DNA from: Octopus sinensis
Lineage: Eukaryota
Reading direction: 5' to 3'
DNA: 64,000 nt
Assembly: GCF_006345805.1 (NCBI RefSeq)
Contig: NC_042997.1
Coordinates: forward strand, 20,770,001 to 20,834,000
Each line of letters begins with the position of its first letter. The first letter of the stretch is position 1. The notes beneath the pieces were generated by a model. That model saw only the letters and a program-made list of their open reading frames with translations, was not told where the DNA came from and ran no database searches. Positions 25,191 to 39,953 of this stretch are shown here, piece after piece. The position numbers and the translations under genes were made by a program.

Positions 25191-28100
25191 ACATATTTTG
25201 CAATTGTTTCTGTAACACCCTGTTGTGTTGAAACACTTAACTCTATTACTTCATCTTTTACTACAAAGGAATATTGTACAAACGGCTATAGGCCTAACTG
25301 TGGTATGGCAACTATAACACAAAAATCTGACAAGTATTTTGTTGCTTTGTAATGACATGTTGAAGTCCCTCTGAAGATCTAAACAGATTAATCAAGAATC
25401 CCTTTGAGATATCTCTTTTATATTTCTACAGTATACAAACATCAGCTCATAGGTTGTGTGAAAATAACTGTGTTTAAGACTGATAAGCACCCACCATTCA
25501 ACAGTTAGTTCCTGTTTTAATCTTACACTCACTTTAAGACTGGCCATTAGGTTTTTTTACGATTACCATTCTGTTGCAACACGTCCAGATTAGGTTTGCA
25601 TTGTTTGTAGTTTCTTCTTCCTTTTTTTCACTCAAATCTCAAGTAATATAAATCTTACATGTCATTTGAAATTTGTGTCATATTGCCCGTTTCCCTTCTT
25701 ACTGTACCATAAAAACTCAAAACCACCAGAAAAGCAGAGTTGTATCACATGATTGCATCATCTAAATAAATTTTCAGCCATAATAAACACTAGGCCTTAA
25801 AATCTCTGACAATATCTCACAGCAGTGTCACATACATACACACATTGCCAAAGCTGTTTCCAAAAGATTAAGCTTCTTCTTGGGAGCTAAAAATTACTTT
25901 TAGAGTCTAATTAGAACAAGTTTGAGTATCATCAAACTGATATATTGCTGTATCCATTAATATGGTTTGGCTTTATAGATTCAGGGTTTGATCATCCATC
26001 AAATACTAAAGTTTATTCAGTTATAATCTGAATCAGTTTTCCCCTAATTTATTTTTTCATTTGAGTTAACTAAATTGTATTTAGCTTGTTTCTTTCATTA
26101 ATATTTTGCTGTATCATCTGGTTTAATAGGCAGAGTGAGATGAAGCAGAGATATTCCATAAAGCTAAAATAATAAAAATTTTAATTTAAAAAAATAACTA
26201 CTAACATTTGAAATAATCATATTATTATACTGATTTAATTTTTGTACATTCATGCATGGGTTGGATGGTTGCACAAGTTTAAATATTTGATAATTAATTT
26301 TAGAGTTATATCAGTTGCAGTGGGGTATCCTTTTGTGGTCAAACAAAACTGCCAAGTAAGAATAGTATCTATTTTCAATGATGATTATTGAGTTAAGCAA
26401 TGTAATATGCTTTCTTAAACAATAGATGAAAGAAACAAAGCAATTGAAATCACCCTTTTTATTCTGTTCATTTAATGATGGTTTCTATGAAACAAATGAA
26501 GAAAGCTTTGAAAAATATTGCTTCTTCACAAAACATGCATTGAATCAAGGAAATTTTTCAATGTACATTACTGGTTTTTTTTTTTATTTTAAGACAAAAA
26601 GCAAACTATTTCTGTTCAGTAAAATTAGATGAAAAATTACAATTGCGATAAAAAAAAATGCGATCTACAACTATGCATTTTTATTGTTTTCAAATACTGT
26701 TATTTCAGTAAATTGTTTGTTGCAAAATTTTCTTTGCCTTGAAGTTTCATTCATTTTCTCTCTTTAGATTTAAGGATAATATCACACCAATCGTTTTTAT
26801 CATAAATTCCCTTTCATTTGATTGCAGTTTTTAGATGTTATAAATATCTCAAGGCAGTTTTTGATTTTCATCTGATCTACAATTTTTTCAATGAAATAGG
26901 CTGCCAATGGCTACTGTATGTGATTACACTTAATAACAATCCTCTGTCCTGTAATTGTGTAGAAACATGTTCAAGCATTTTATAAATTCTTCTAGATTTA
27001 AATAATTCAATACTTTTCATGATGTCATTTGTTTAATTCTTAAACTTTCTTTTAATTACTTGTTAGTTTAAACATTTTCACAAGAAATACAAGAAGATAA
27101 ATGTGAAAATATTATTTTTGCCTACAAGAAATTTTGCCTTTATCTTTTGGTAAAGATAGAACGGTTACTTTTGCTTTAAAATTTCTTTCTCTATCTCAGT
27201 TCTGTTTAACAAAGGGGAAGAGGTAATATTCATGACATCTGCAGTTCCTCCCTGTTTGATGAGATTAATGACACTGTTGTTCAGTTCCGGCACATTAGGT
27301 GAATATACACAAGAGAAGAATAAGCTGGAGACGGAGCTGTCAATGAAAGATTAGGTAAAAAGGTTTTAGATACAGTAAGGAAAAAAAACTGGAGAAAGAG
27401 CAGTGGTGATAAGTTTGGAGGAACAAAAACCATTATAGTAGTAATAAAAGAGATGCTGAAAAGAAATACTAAATGTATGAGCAAGAGGTTACAGTTTACT
27501 GGTGAATGAGTCAGCTGAATAGCCGGCTTTTAGACGTGGCTTAAAATGTGTATGTACAGCACAGGTGCACTATAGCTGATATGTTAGAAATTCATACATT
27601 TATATGATATACATATATGCATAGATAGTAATGAAACACACACATTTATGTATATAAGTGAAATGTACACCCATTACATGATTACAAGTTTAGCCATGTA
27701 TGCAGCTACATATATGCAGACATTAACTCATTTGCATATTCACAAATACCAGGAACTGTCTTCACTGCGTCATTTTGTTACTGGCTGGCTTGAATTCTAT
27801 GAAGGGAAATTTAAATGAATTTCAAATAAATTCAAACACACACACACACATGCACAAATACACACACATTCATACTTACATCTGTACATATATGCATAAA
27901 TAGGTAGAGAGATAGATAGATAAATATCATACACATATATTATGTGTGTGTGTGTATGTATATATATATATATAGAGAGAGAGAGATAGATAGATAGATA
28001 GATAGATATAGATAGATAGATATAGATACATATATATATATATATATATATATAGTGAGAGAGAGAGAAAGGGAAAAGGAGTGGTGTGAGAAATTTTGAA

Positions 28101-28538
28101 ATTGTTTTCATAAATGAAATTTATTTAAATATATTGAATTCATTCAGCAAGTGAAAATATTTTCCTAATGTTTTCCTGGGAAGAAATCACAAAACAAAAA
28201 CAAAACTTATATGAACATGACTATCTGTGTTGCTGAGACATTATTAAAAGTTTCAACTAGATTTCCTCTAAAGTAAACTCAACTCAATATTTATGACACT
28301 TTGACTTCTAATCAACATATTTTCTTCTTCGCTAAAATTTAGTAGTTTTGACAGTCTTATTCACTCTTCATGAATTGCTTGAAAGTTAGCAATCTAAATA
28401 TAAACACTTATTGCAGAACGACTATTCAACACAAATATTTCTGGTTCTGTACAATAAATAAGAAATAATATTTTATTGGAAATAATTTCTATATGTATAC
28501 ATATAGGTAAACACACACACATATATATATGTATATAT

Positions 28539-29648
28539 ATAGTGTAATAAATAAAATATATGCATACATACAAACATATATGTACGTACCGACATCTACA
28601 TGTATATATACATGCATATATAAATATATATACGTACAGGACACCACAAGAAGACGTAAAAATCAACAGAAACGAAAACGGAAAAGCCATTTTGTTACAA
28701 CAGAAGGACAGAGACGTGGAACAAGACGAAAACGAAATCGGGAAAAACAATTAGGTACAGCAGAAAAACGAAGTACAGGACATACTACACAAGGAAAAAT
28801 CCCCTTCATCAGCTGTCGCTAGCAGACATAGCGTGTTTCGAAGGCAAGACAGGACACGTCTGTCATGCTAGGCCCTCCTACGAGAGAATTAAAATAAAAT
28901 AACCTCGTAGAGGGGTAAAACGAGCAAGAAAAAAATGTAACACAAAAAGCGAAGTAACAAAGAACTGCACAAAAAAAACAAGAAAAAAATACAAAATTAA
29001 AGATACATGTACAAGAAAATACAAAACGAGAATTAAATTACAATACGAGAAATCAAAATAAACAAGAGAACAAACGAAAAAGACGAACGAAGGCCTTTGT
29101 TCTGGCGGGGACGAGAAGGTAACTGGCGAGCGCTGGGAAACACGACCTTAGGGCCTGAATGCAACAGGCGAAAGGATCAGCAGTGACGAAAGTGAGGAGT
29201 GGGAGAGAGAGAGAGACAGATAGAGGAAGACACAGGCTAGAGAGAAGGGTGAGGCAGAGAGAGAAAGAGAGAGGGGAAGGCAAAGCAAAGGGAGAGAATT
29301 TCGCATCATTGTAGTAAACTGTAAAACAAACTGGGAGGAAAGAGACGGAACGAAGTGAAAATTCGAAAAATCGAAAATTCAAACGAACTCGACGCGAAGC
29401 GCTGACAGACAATAGTGTAATAAATAAAATATATGCATACATACAAACATATATGTACGTACCGACATCTACATGTATATATACATGCATATATAAATAT
29501 ATATACGTACAGGACACCACAAAAAGACGTAAAAATCAACAGAAACGAAAACGGAAAAGCCATTTTGTTACAACAGAAGGACAGAGACGTGGAACAAGAC
29601 GAAAACGAAAACGGGAAAAACAATTAGGTACAGCAGAAAAACGAAGTA
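28539..29648 (-). mobile_element. Non-coding element with 237-bp direct terminal repeats (pLTR-like), in microsatellite context
   Basis: 28539-28775 and 29412-29648 differ at two positions seen. No TG..CA/PBS/PPT LTR signature. HHR-like motifs on the minus strand at ~28801-28871; CpG-rich relative to flanks. Confidence 0.75.
28801..28871 (-). ncRNA. Hammerhead-like remnant
   Basis: Minus strand: ctagca-tgac-agac(gtgtcct)gtct-tgccttC-GAAA-cacgctat-GTC-tgctag-cgacag-CTGATGA-agggg. A 6-bp stem I ctagca/tgctag flanks GAAA..GUC, but the upstream core box is defective and an intact CUGAUGA lies downstream. Confidence 0.4.
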
Positions 29649-29653
29649 TACAT

Positions 29654-29734
<81 letters not shown>

Positions 29735-29768
29735 ACATACACATATACCCACTAACACACATACACAC

Positions 29769-29968
29769 ACATGTATATAATTTTAAGCAGTTCTATGCTA
29801 TGAGTTTTACATACTCCTAACAAGAGCCCAATTCTTTCAGACATTTGAATGTATTTAGAATGCCTTTGGTTCAACATTCCAAAACTTGAAAGAGTCAGGC
29901 TCTTGTTAGGGGCCTATGAAAATTGAAGAAGCACTGAACTGAATCAGACTGTTTTAAATAATACGTGT
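29769..29968. repeat. Imperfect ~200-bp palindrome (MITE remnant or hairpin)
   Basis: cctaacaagagcc (29816-29828) / ggctcttgttagg (29898-29910), plus nested ctttcag/ttgaaag and gaatgt/acattc, and outer cagttc/gaactg pairings. Confidence 0.65.
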
Positions 29969-30130
29969 AACTTCTACTGAATGTGTTGAATGACCTTTGC
30001 TTCTATTTGCCCAATCATATATATATATATATATATAAAATATTATTAGAGACAAAACCACTATTTTGCAAAACAAACAAGGAAAGACTTAATCAATACA
30101 TAAAATTTTAATAAATAGTCAAAAAAACCG

Positions 30131-30173
30131 CCACTACAATCGTTTCTTGTCTTGATCGACAATCTTCAGGTGG
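30131..30173 (-). ncRNA. Minimal type I hammerhead ribozyme
   Basis: Reverse complement of 32058-32100. Confidence 0.8.
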
Positions 30174-32057
30174 ACTTCCAATCTAAAAAATCAAAATTTT
30201 AAAATATAAAAATAATAATTTTAAATAATTAAAGTATAAATGAAAAAATATAAGTATATAATCCATATATAACCTATATATATCCATCGAAAAAATTAGA
30301 CAAATTACCACGAATTCCCTAAAAAAACCATGATAAAACAAAACTCTTAAAACATATAACGATAAAATCCCTTTGCTAAACTCTATAACAAACCTATATA
30401 GTAATCCCCCTAACCTAAACATTCACACACAAATACCACACGTAAACCACAGACCACGACTTATACACATACCTATACTAACTTATAAACTCAATATACA
30501 CCAAAACCCTCTCCCTCCCCACACAGACAAATTAACACATACATCCCAAAACCTAAATAACAAACCCATATACACATTCAACACAAACACACACACACAC
30601 GCAAAACACGCACACACAACAGATACATATACTCCCTCACTATCGCATATACATACTCACTAAACTCGACATATACAACAATACTTACACACCCACAAAA
30701 ATCATTATATACATTTATGAGCTTTAACTTACCTTAGCAGCTCTAACAAACAACTTGCAGTAACCCAATCCATTCTCTATGCCTACCTCACTACTACAAA
30801 TTCCATTCACAATTCCAAGCAACGCTAGTCCACCACCCAGTTATTCACGTGGCAAAACGAACACCACTCAAAAATTATGAATGAAACAATGTAAAAAAAT
30901 AACCACATCGAAAATAGACAAATTACCACGAATTACCTAAAAAACCATGATAAACCAAAACTCATAAAAGCATATAACGATAAAATCTCCTTTGCTAAAC
31001 CCTATAACAAACTTATATAGCAATCCCCCTAACCTAAACATTCACACACAAATACACACACGTAAACACAGACCCAAAACTTATACACTTAAACCTATAC
31101 TAACTTATAAACCTCAATACACCAAAACCCACTCCCTCAACACACAGACAAATTACAATACATCCCAAAACCTAAATAACAAACCCAAATACACATTCAC
31201 ACACAAACACACACACACGCAAAACACACACAACAACAGATACATATACTCCCTCACAAATACGCATATACATACTCACTAAACTCGATATATACAACAA
31301 TATATTTACACACCCACACTCATACAGATAAATAAATTAATATACAACTAAAAACTCACAACCAATCTCATATACATAAACACTCCTATGAAAACAACAT
31401 TAAATACATCGTAATTAACCAGAATATCAAAAATAACAATATGACATAAGGATAAATCAAATACATACTTACAATTCAGTTACAAATTATGAAGTGAAAT
31501 TAAATTCTTAGCCGTTAAAAAACCAAACAAAAATTACGTTACCATAGAAATAACTTATGTAAAAAAAGAATACGCGCCATAGAAAGTAAACGCGCCATAG
31601 AAAGTAAACGTCATTCAAAATATGAATGGAGAAATATAAAAAATGGAACTAAAAACTATATCCACGTAGCAAACCAACGCTACTTGTGTTAATTTGTCTG
31701 TGTGGGGAGGGAGAGGGTTTTGGTGTATATTGAGGTTTATAAGTTAGTATAGGTATGTGTATAAGTCGTGGGTCTGTGGTTTACGTGTGTGTATTTGTGT
31801 GTGAATGTTTAGGTTAGGGGGATTACTATATAGGTTTGTTATAGAGTTTAGCAAAGGGAGATTTTATCGTTATATGTTTTAAGAGTTTTGTTTTATCATG
31901 GTTTTTTTAGGGAATTCGTGGTAATTTGTCTATATTTTTTCGATGGATTATATATAGGTTATATATCGATTATATACTTATATTTTTTCATTTATACTTT
32001 AATTATTTAAAATTATTATTTTTATATTTTAAAATTTTGATTTTTTAGATTGGAAGT

Positions 32058-32100
32058 CCACCTGAAGATTGTCGATCAAGACAAGAAACGATTGTAGTGG
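32058..32100 (+). ncRNA. Minimal type I hammerhead ribozyme
   Basis: ccac-CTGAAGA-ttgtc(gatcaa)gacaa-GAAA-cgattg-TA-gtgg: 4-bp stem I, 5-bp stem II, near-palindromic stem III (acgattgt); predicted cleavage after 32096. Confidence 0.8.
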
Positions 32101-32279
32101 CGGTTTTTTTGACTTTTATTAAAATTTTATGTATTGATTAAGTCTTTCCTTGTTGTTTTGCAAAATAGTGGTTTTGTCTCTAATAAATTTTATAATATTT
32201 TACTATAAAATTGGATTTAATCCTAAACTGATTTTTTCCCTGTAAATTTGGATTTATTCCTAATATTTATATTATATAT

Positions 32280-32323
<44 letters not shown>

Positions 32324-32619
32324 CACTTAATAAGACAGAAAGAAATGAAATAGCATACCTCTGTTGGATGTGTAATGCCAGCATGCTTAAACACTTGGTT
32401 TAATAGATCTTCAGAAGCACAGCATTCTGGTTGCTGCACTTTCTAGTATTCCTATTTCCCTTCCTGATCTCAAGTTTGAGTTTGCTATGGTTGCTCCCTT
32501 CGAGTTGTGTTTCTGCTATAGCCATTTCTCCCAACCCTAGCTAGGTTAATTATATTAACATCATTACTACTTATTATTGATCCACTATTATGGAAATTGC
32601 TTCACCTATGCACATTTTG

Positions 32620-34400
32620 TGCTGCTATAATCTGCATGAAATACCAGCTATTAGAAAAGGTGAGCTGGATTTTATACTTATAAACACATGGTATTTGCTG
32701 TTTTTTTGAAAATATTTCTCTAATGCCAAGTAGAATAATTTGGGAATGTTGGAAAGAATTTGCTTTCTGAAAGGAATTATATGCCAGTTTTTTTTCCAGT
32801 TATCTAGCATACTGCAATTATTGTTAGGATTGTCCTTCTTACTACATTTATTTATTCTATTGCTATTATTGTTGTAGATCTTTAATTTTTCTCTATACCC
32901 CACCTTTTCTAGTGCTAAATTATAAAAGTCTTCATTTAGTTAGAAAATTTCTTCATTCGCTTGACAGGTTAGAAATACAGGCAAATATATTTACTACTAT
33001 TGACTGGGTTATACATCAAGGGTGATTACTATTTTTATGTATTTGGCTTGTGATAAAGTTTATACATCTCTGCACTTAGATCTATTGATATGGACAGTCC
33101 TAGGTTCTTAAAATTAAAAAACAAAATTCTCTATTGCTACATATCTCTAAGTTTGAGGGGAATTCCCTGTTTAGGCTAAATAGCATATATATTTCTTTCT
33201 AAGTTCGTAACTTGTGTGGAGTCTGTTGATCCCATAGTAATATCAAACATCTCTGGTCTCTCCTTTCTAACCCAATACTTATCCTCGAATTTGATCATTG
33301 ATTTTCTAGCTGCTAAAATAACACCTATTTTTTCTCTAATTAGTTTGGTGTTATTCATAGCAGGGATGAGTGCCTTGTTTAGGAGAAGAGGGTTAATAGG
33401 GGTGTAATAATTAGAAATATCAATTTGCATTAATTGTGTACTATTTGTATTAGGGAGATTAACGAACTAGTTAATAACTTTGTAAAGAACTAGACCAGAG
33501 TTTCAGCTTAATTATGTTCCTTAGAGAGCGTGTATACTTATCTATTATATGTTTCCTTATCCTACCAAGGACATATGAGTTAGTGTTAAAATTTGGTTTT
33601 AACACTTAAGATTAATACTAGGGGTTCTAGTGTCATAGGATTCAGTTTTATTATATACCCTATATCTTCCATATTATAGCTTTGGCTTGCATGTTAGGTT
33701 GTTGGGATTCGTGTCTTTGTAGTTTCTAGTGATTTCTTTTTAAATAGTGCATGGTTATTAGAGTGGCATAAGGGGTACTAGCTACTGGTTATGTCTGTGT
33801 ACCCCAATATTCATTCCATCTTTAAGGCAGTAAGCTGGCAGAAATGTTAGCATGCCGGGCAAAATGCTTAGCGGTATTTTGGCTGTCTTTATGTTCTGAG
33901 TTCAAATTCCACCATGGTCAACTTTGCCTTTCATCCTTTCAGGGTCGATAAATTAAGTGCTAGTTGCATACTGGGGTCGATCTAATCGACTGCCCCCCCC
34001 CACAAATTTAGGGCCTTGTGCCTAGAGTAGAAAAGAAAAGAATATTCATTCCTTCTTCAGAAGTTTTTTAGTTATAGAGTGTAGTTTCTGAAGGTGTTTA
34101 TTCCTTCTTAGGGGGAATCCTTTGAATTTGATGTTTTTAATTATATTCCATAGTTCATCTTCGAAAGCAGCTACGTTTTGGTTTGGGGGTGGATATTTCC
34201 TAGTTTTGAAGATTTGCTGTAACTGTAACTGTTCATCTCTTTTCTTGCTGCTGAAATCTGCTTATTTTCAGTCATGGAAGTACGCATGCCATCTCAATCT
34301 ATGTATGAATGAGTTGGTTTTGCTGATATATTCCTTCTTTGATGGTAGTGAAATATCCTTGGGGGATGTGTCAATGTTAATTAACTCCATTCTCAGGTAC
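32620..34400 (-). pseudogene. Decayed Penelope-like element reverse transcriptase body
   Basis: Minus-strand frames: SPKDISLPSKKEY..FIHRLRWHAYF..FKTRKYPP..FEDELWNIIKNIKF; QIDISNYYTPINPLLLNKAL..ARKS..WVRK..FDITMGSTDSTQVTNL; IIPFRKQILSNIPKLF..KYFQKNSKYH. These match the PLE RT type with FDVTMGSxDGAE and WFNPPF motifs; split by a SINE. Confidence 0.88.
33825..34040 (+). mobile_element. tRNA-derived SINE family B inserted in the PLE
   Basis: aggcagtaagctggcagaaatgttagc...gagttcaaattcc...; 19-bp TSD with 2 mismatches (33806-33824 / 34041-34059). Confidence 0.92.
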
Positions 34401-34679
34401 CCCGCCTTATTCACTCATTGCAGTACGAGGGTTATTTCAAAATGAGTTTGAAGAGATATATTATCCTGATGGTAACCGTGTTTACTCTCAAGCTGGTTTC
34501 AGATGCTGGCTAATCACAACTGTTCTTACGTGGTACCCCAGCTAACAATACGTTGTTAGGCTCTGCTAGGTTTTTCCCTGGGTAAATACGAGTTTCCTGT
34601 TCAGGACTGCTTGTGTTCCATAAAGTAAGTGATAGTATTAATAATGATAATGATACACACACACACATATATATGTATT

Positions 34680-34742
<63 letters not shown>

Positions 34743-35077
34743 TACATACACATATAAGGTAGTGCTGCAGCATGGCCACAGTATAATAACTGAAACAGGT
34801 AAAAGATAAAAGATATAAATACATAGTTTTAATATATTTTAACTGAAAGAATATTGTGGCTGTCAATTGGTTTCACTTTCTTGAAATTGAAATTATAATA
34901 TTTTTGTATTTCCTTAAGAAGATTACAATCATTTTAATGTCATGATTTGCAAAAGGGAAACCAGTCGACAAACACTAAACAGTTTGCATTTCCCTTCTTT
35001 TATTTCATATTTATATTTTTTGCATTATAACTCACCACATGGGGATAATCAAAATTGTCTTCCTCTCTTCTCTTACC

Positions 35078-35382
<305 letters not shown>

Positions 35383-35387
<5 letters not shown>

Positions 35388-36077
35388 CATTGGTACACAA
35401 ACATGGAGGGCTGTTAGGCCAGACGAGGTAAGGTAGTGAATGCTGGAGGAATATTCTGACAAATAGAAAAGATAGAAGAGGAGACAGACAAGAATGCATC
35501 TAGTCTGTGCATTAGACTGAAGGAAAAGAAAGATGATCATGTGAGGAAAAAGAAAGATGGACGATGGTCCTGTGTGAGCAACAAGAGAGAGGAAAAGAGG
35601 AAGAGGGAGAGAGATACACAGATAGAAAACGGTGAAGGGGAGAAAAAAGAATTAGAGAAAGGATGAGAGAGAAAAAAATAAAAGGGGGAGAGAGAGAGAA
35701 CAGTACAGGGTAGAGTCGTATCTAACGGCCCTCCATGTTTGTTTTCGTTTGGTTTGTTGTATGTCTCCACTGTCCTGTTTTTGTTACCAACTTTGACAGT
35801 CCACAATTCCCACATTCTATTTTGGTTTGTGGGAGCAACTGTTTTTCGAAGGCTGATATAGTTGTTAATTGCTCGAAATGTGGAGTAGATGAACAGCCAA
35901 CAAGTGATGAATGGTCGTTCTTTATGTTACTTGCCTTGTTTTCCATTTGTTTCTCTCGTTGATCACATACCCAAGTTTGCCTTCGGATTTCATGTTGTTT
36001 TCGTATTTCACAATTCATGTTATTTTTGTATTTCATGTTGTTTACGTTTTGTGACGTCCTGTATCTATATATGCATG
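35383..36077. mobile_element. Diverged relative of the 28539-29648 element, with inverted organisation
   Basis: 20-bp inverted match 35398-35417 / 35722-35741. The 3' tttacg..gtgacgtcctgtatctatatatgcatg resembles the reverse complement of the 28539 repeat. CGAAA..GTA..TGATGA order at ~35873-35911. Confidence 0.4.
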
Positions 36078-36191
36078 GCCGCAGCTCTGAGCTGAAACTA
36101 GAGAAAAAAAAATATATATATATATGTGTAAGTATGTACATATATGTATGTATATATGCATGTATATTTTTTATAGCTATACATGGATTAG

Positions 36192-37700
<1,509 letters not shown>

Positions 37701-38887
37701 TATTCAATTCAGTCTTCAGTTAAATTTTGTTTGCAATTACCTATTTTATTGCACATTTTAAAGTTGTTCATATGAAAAGACAGTTTAATAACATTCACAA
37801 ACGTTAGGATTTTATAGTTGCTCATATACTACGAAGACATTTTATTAGTGTTGTCAACAAATATTTTCCTATGTTTGACTTATATGTCTTTTTTGTTTTT
37901 TTATATTTTTCCAAGATTATTGAATCATGAAAATTCTTTGATCTTCTGTGAGCTATATTGCATTATGATTTGATTTAGTTATTTCAGTGGGTAGCAATAT
38001 ATTAACTATGAAGGTGTTACTGCCCTTACACTGATCCAGATATTGAAATTGATATTATTCAGGTGAATCTTCCCTTCCATGAAAATATCATGGAACATGA
38101 TTTGATAAAGTGTTGTTTTGTTCCATTTGGACCAAGTTAGGGAATTTAACAAGACAACACAAGTTCCACCACACATATTATGCACAAGAAATTGTTTAAA
38201 TCTCCTCTGATATTCATCCTAACATCTTTAAGAGAAAATATCACTCAGAGATGAACCATTTTCAGTCACATTTCACCATAGACCTGTCCAATGAATGTTG
38301 GACTGAGGTTAAATAAAAACCACTACCTGTTAGAATAAAATAATTATTAACCAGCTATTGAAACCTGTTAATCATATTAAAATGACTAGCCTTTGTTTCA
38401 TTTAGAGATACTGGGTAAAAAGAAATTATGTTTACATATTGCAGAGCTTAAGTATAAATTTTTTTGTTGTCATTGGTGAGAGCATGCTTTGCAGAATACA
38501 AAAAAGTGAATACAAAGAACTTTGACTTCTATTCAACTGGATCCTGCCCATTATCTGTTACTAATGTGAATGTCATTTAATTTTTCAGTGAGACACATTC
38601 ACCCTTGCAGTCTCCCTTATCTTTATCTTATCTCTACTGTTGAAGCTACAAGCTATATACTTCCATCTGAAACAAAGTGTCTGCTCGATTATACAACCAT
38701 CCTTACAAGTCTTCCAATTGATCAATGCTCAGACAATTTCATGACATCTATCCCTGATAACTCAGTACCTTTTGTTCGTGATGCTATCTCACCAAATTGT
38801 CATTAATCACCTTTATTAGAAGGTAAGGTAATCACCTTTATCAGAAGCCTATTCGTAAGTTATGTCTTCTCAGGAGCTATCTTGTGA

Positions 38888-39175
38888 TCATCATCATCAT
38901 CATCATCATCATCGTTTAACGTCCGTTCTCCATGCTAGCATGGGTTGGACGGTTCGACCGGGGATCTGGGAAGCCAGAAGGCTGCACCAGGCTCCAGTCT
39001 TATCTGGCAATATTTCTACGGCTGGATGCCATTCCTAACGCCAACCACTCCGTGAGTGTAGTGGGTGCTTTTTACGTGCCACCTGCTCAGGTGCCAGGCG
39101 GCGCTGGCATCGGCCACGAGTCGGATAGTGCTTTTTACATACCACCAGACCAGGGATCCTGGCTGGTTCAATTCG
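38888..39175 (-). mobile_element. SINE-like family A copy
   Basis: (CAT)n gtttaacgtccgttctccatgctagc... Confidence 0.88.
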
Positions 39176-39294
39176 ATATGTTTGAAAAATTATATAGACC
39201 CTTGCTTTGGTTGTTAAAAAGAAGAAATGCTTAGGCAAAGACAACAATATGTTTTAGAAAATTTTAAGATGAACTAGTTTATTATATTGAACAG

Positions 39295-39369
39295 ATAACA
39301 GTTGAGTTATATCTTCAAAAGGAAAATGAGAAATACATGCTAAAAGCTAGGAGTTCTGTATGCTCACAG
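39295..39369 (+). other. Candidate 75-nt phase 0-0 exon (ITVELYLQKENEKYMLKARSSVCSQ) of an unidentified transcript
   Basis: acag| acceptor, strong CAG|GTAAGA donor, one open frame; next good acceptor at ccttttgttgcag|39565. No recognisable homology. Confidence 0.3.
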
Positions 39370-39850
39370 GTAAGATTCAGCTATCCATAAATGGATAAGT
39401 TGTGTTATTGTGATTGCTCTGATATATTATTAGTAAAATTATTATTATAGCTTCTAGGCTATATGCTGCATATTCTTTTTGTTCTATTATTTCAAAAATG
39501 AAGTTTTTAGTTGTATATTTTACTGATTTATTTTTCCTTAAATATTGTTGACCTTTTGTTGCAGAGGGGACTATGACTGCAAGGGACTGGCCAGATCCTT
39601 TGTTTCTTACTCTTCTGGGACTATACATAAAAAGGATTTCTACTGTAAGAAAGATATATACAAGATGGCAGTGATTTTGATAACTGACCAAGAAGAGAAC
39701 AGAATGGGCAATGATGAAAACAGCAGGAAGGAGGATGTGGTTAGAAATCCTCTTTATCACTTCATTAACTAAAAAAGATTTTCTCTTTACTCATCAGCAA
39801 AACTACCAGCAGCAATGCTACTGCTGCACTTAATATATATATATATATGA

Positions 39851-39953
39851 TACAGATAAGGTAATAATTTTATTCTCAAATGTAGGCTAATGCTAATAAT
39901 ATTGCATGGATAGGACAAACTAAGTTGAGAATAAAATCATTTCCTTATCTGTA
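39851..39953. mobile_element. ~100-bp MITE-like hairpin with 29-bp inverted repeats bounded by TA
   Basis: tacagataaggtaataattttattctcaa (39851-39879) / ttgagaataaaatcatttccttatctgta (39925-39953), 27/29 complementary. Confidence 0.7.

Larger units (their letters stand above)
30043..32270. mobile_element. Head-to-head PLE-like non-coding element with ~500-bp inverted arms and internal direct repeat, between (TA)n runs
   Basis: Near-identical inverted arms 30043-30539 / 31686-32186; diverged direct repeat ~30280-30695 / ~30905-31315; ~85-bp tail on the right arm only; HHR in each arm. Confidence 0.85.

Noticed and set aside
30180-31680. Mitochondrial control-region NUMT, because of extreme A/C strand skew
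   Set aside because: No tRNA, rRNA or mitochondrial ORF remnants; the HHR-bearing inverted arms explain it better.
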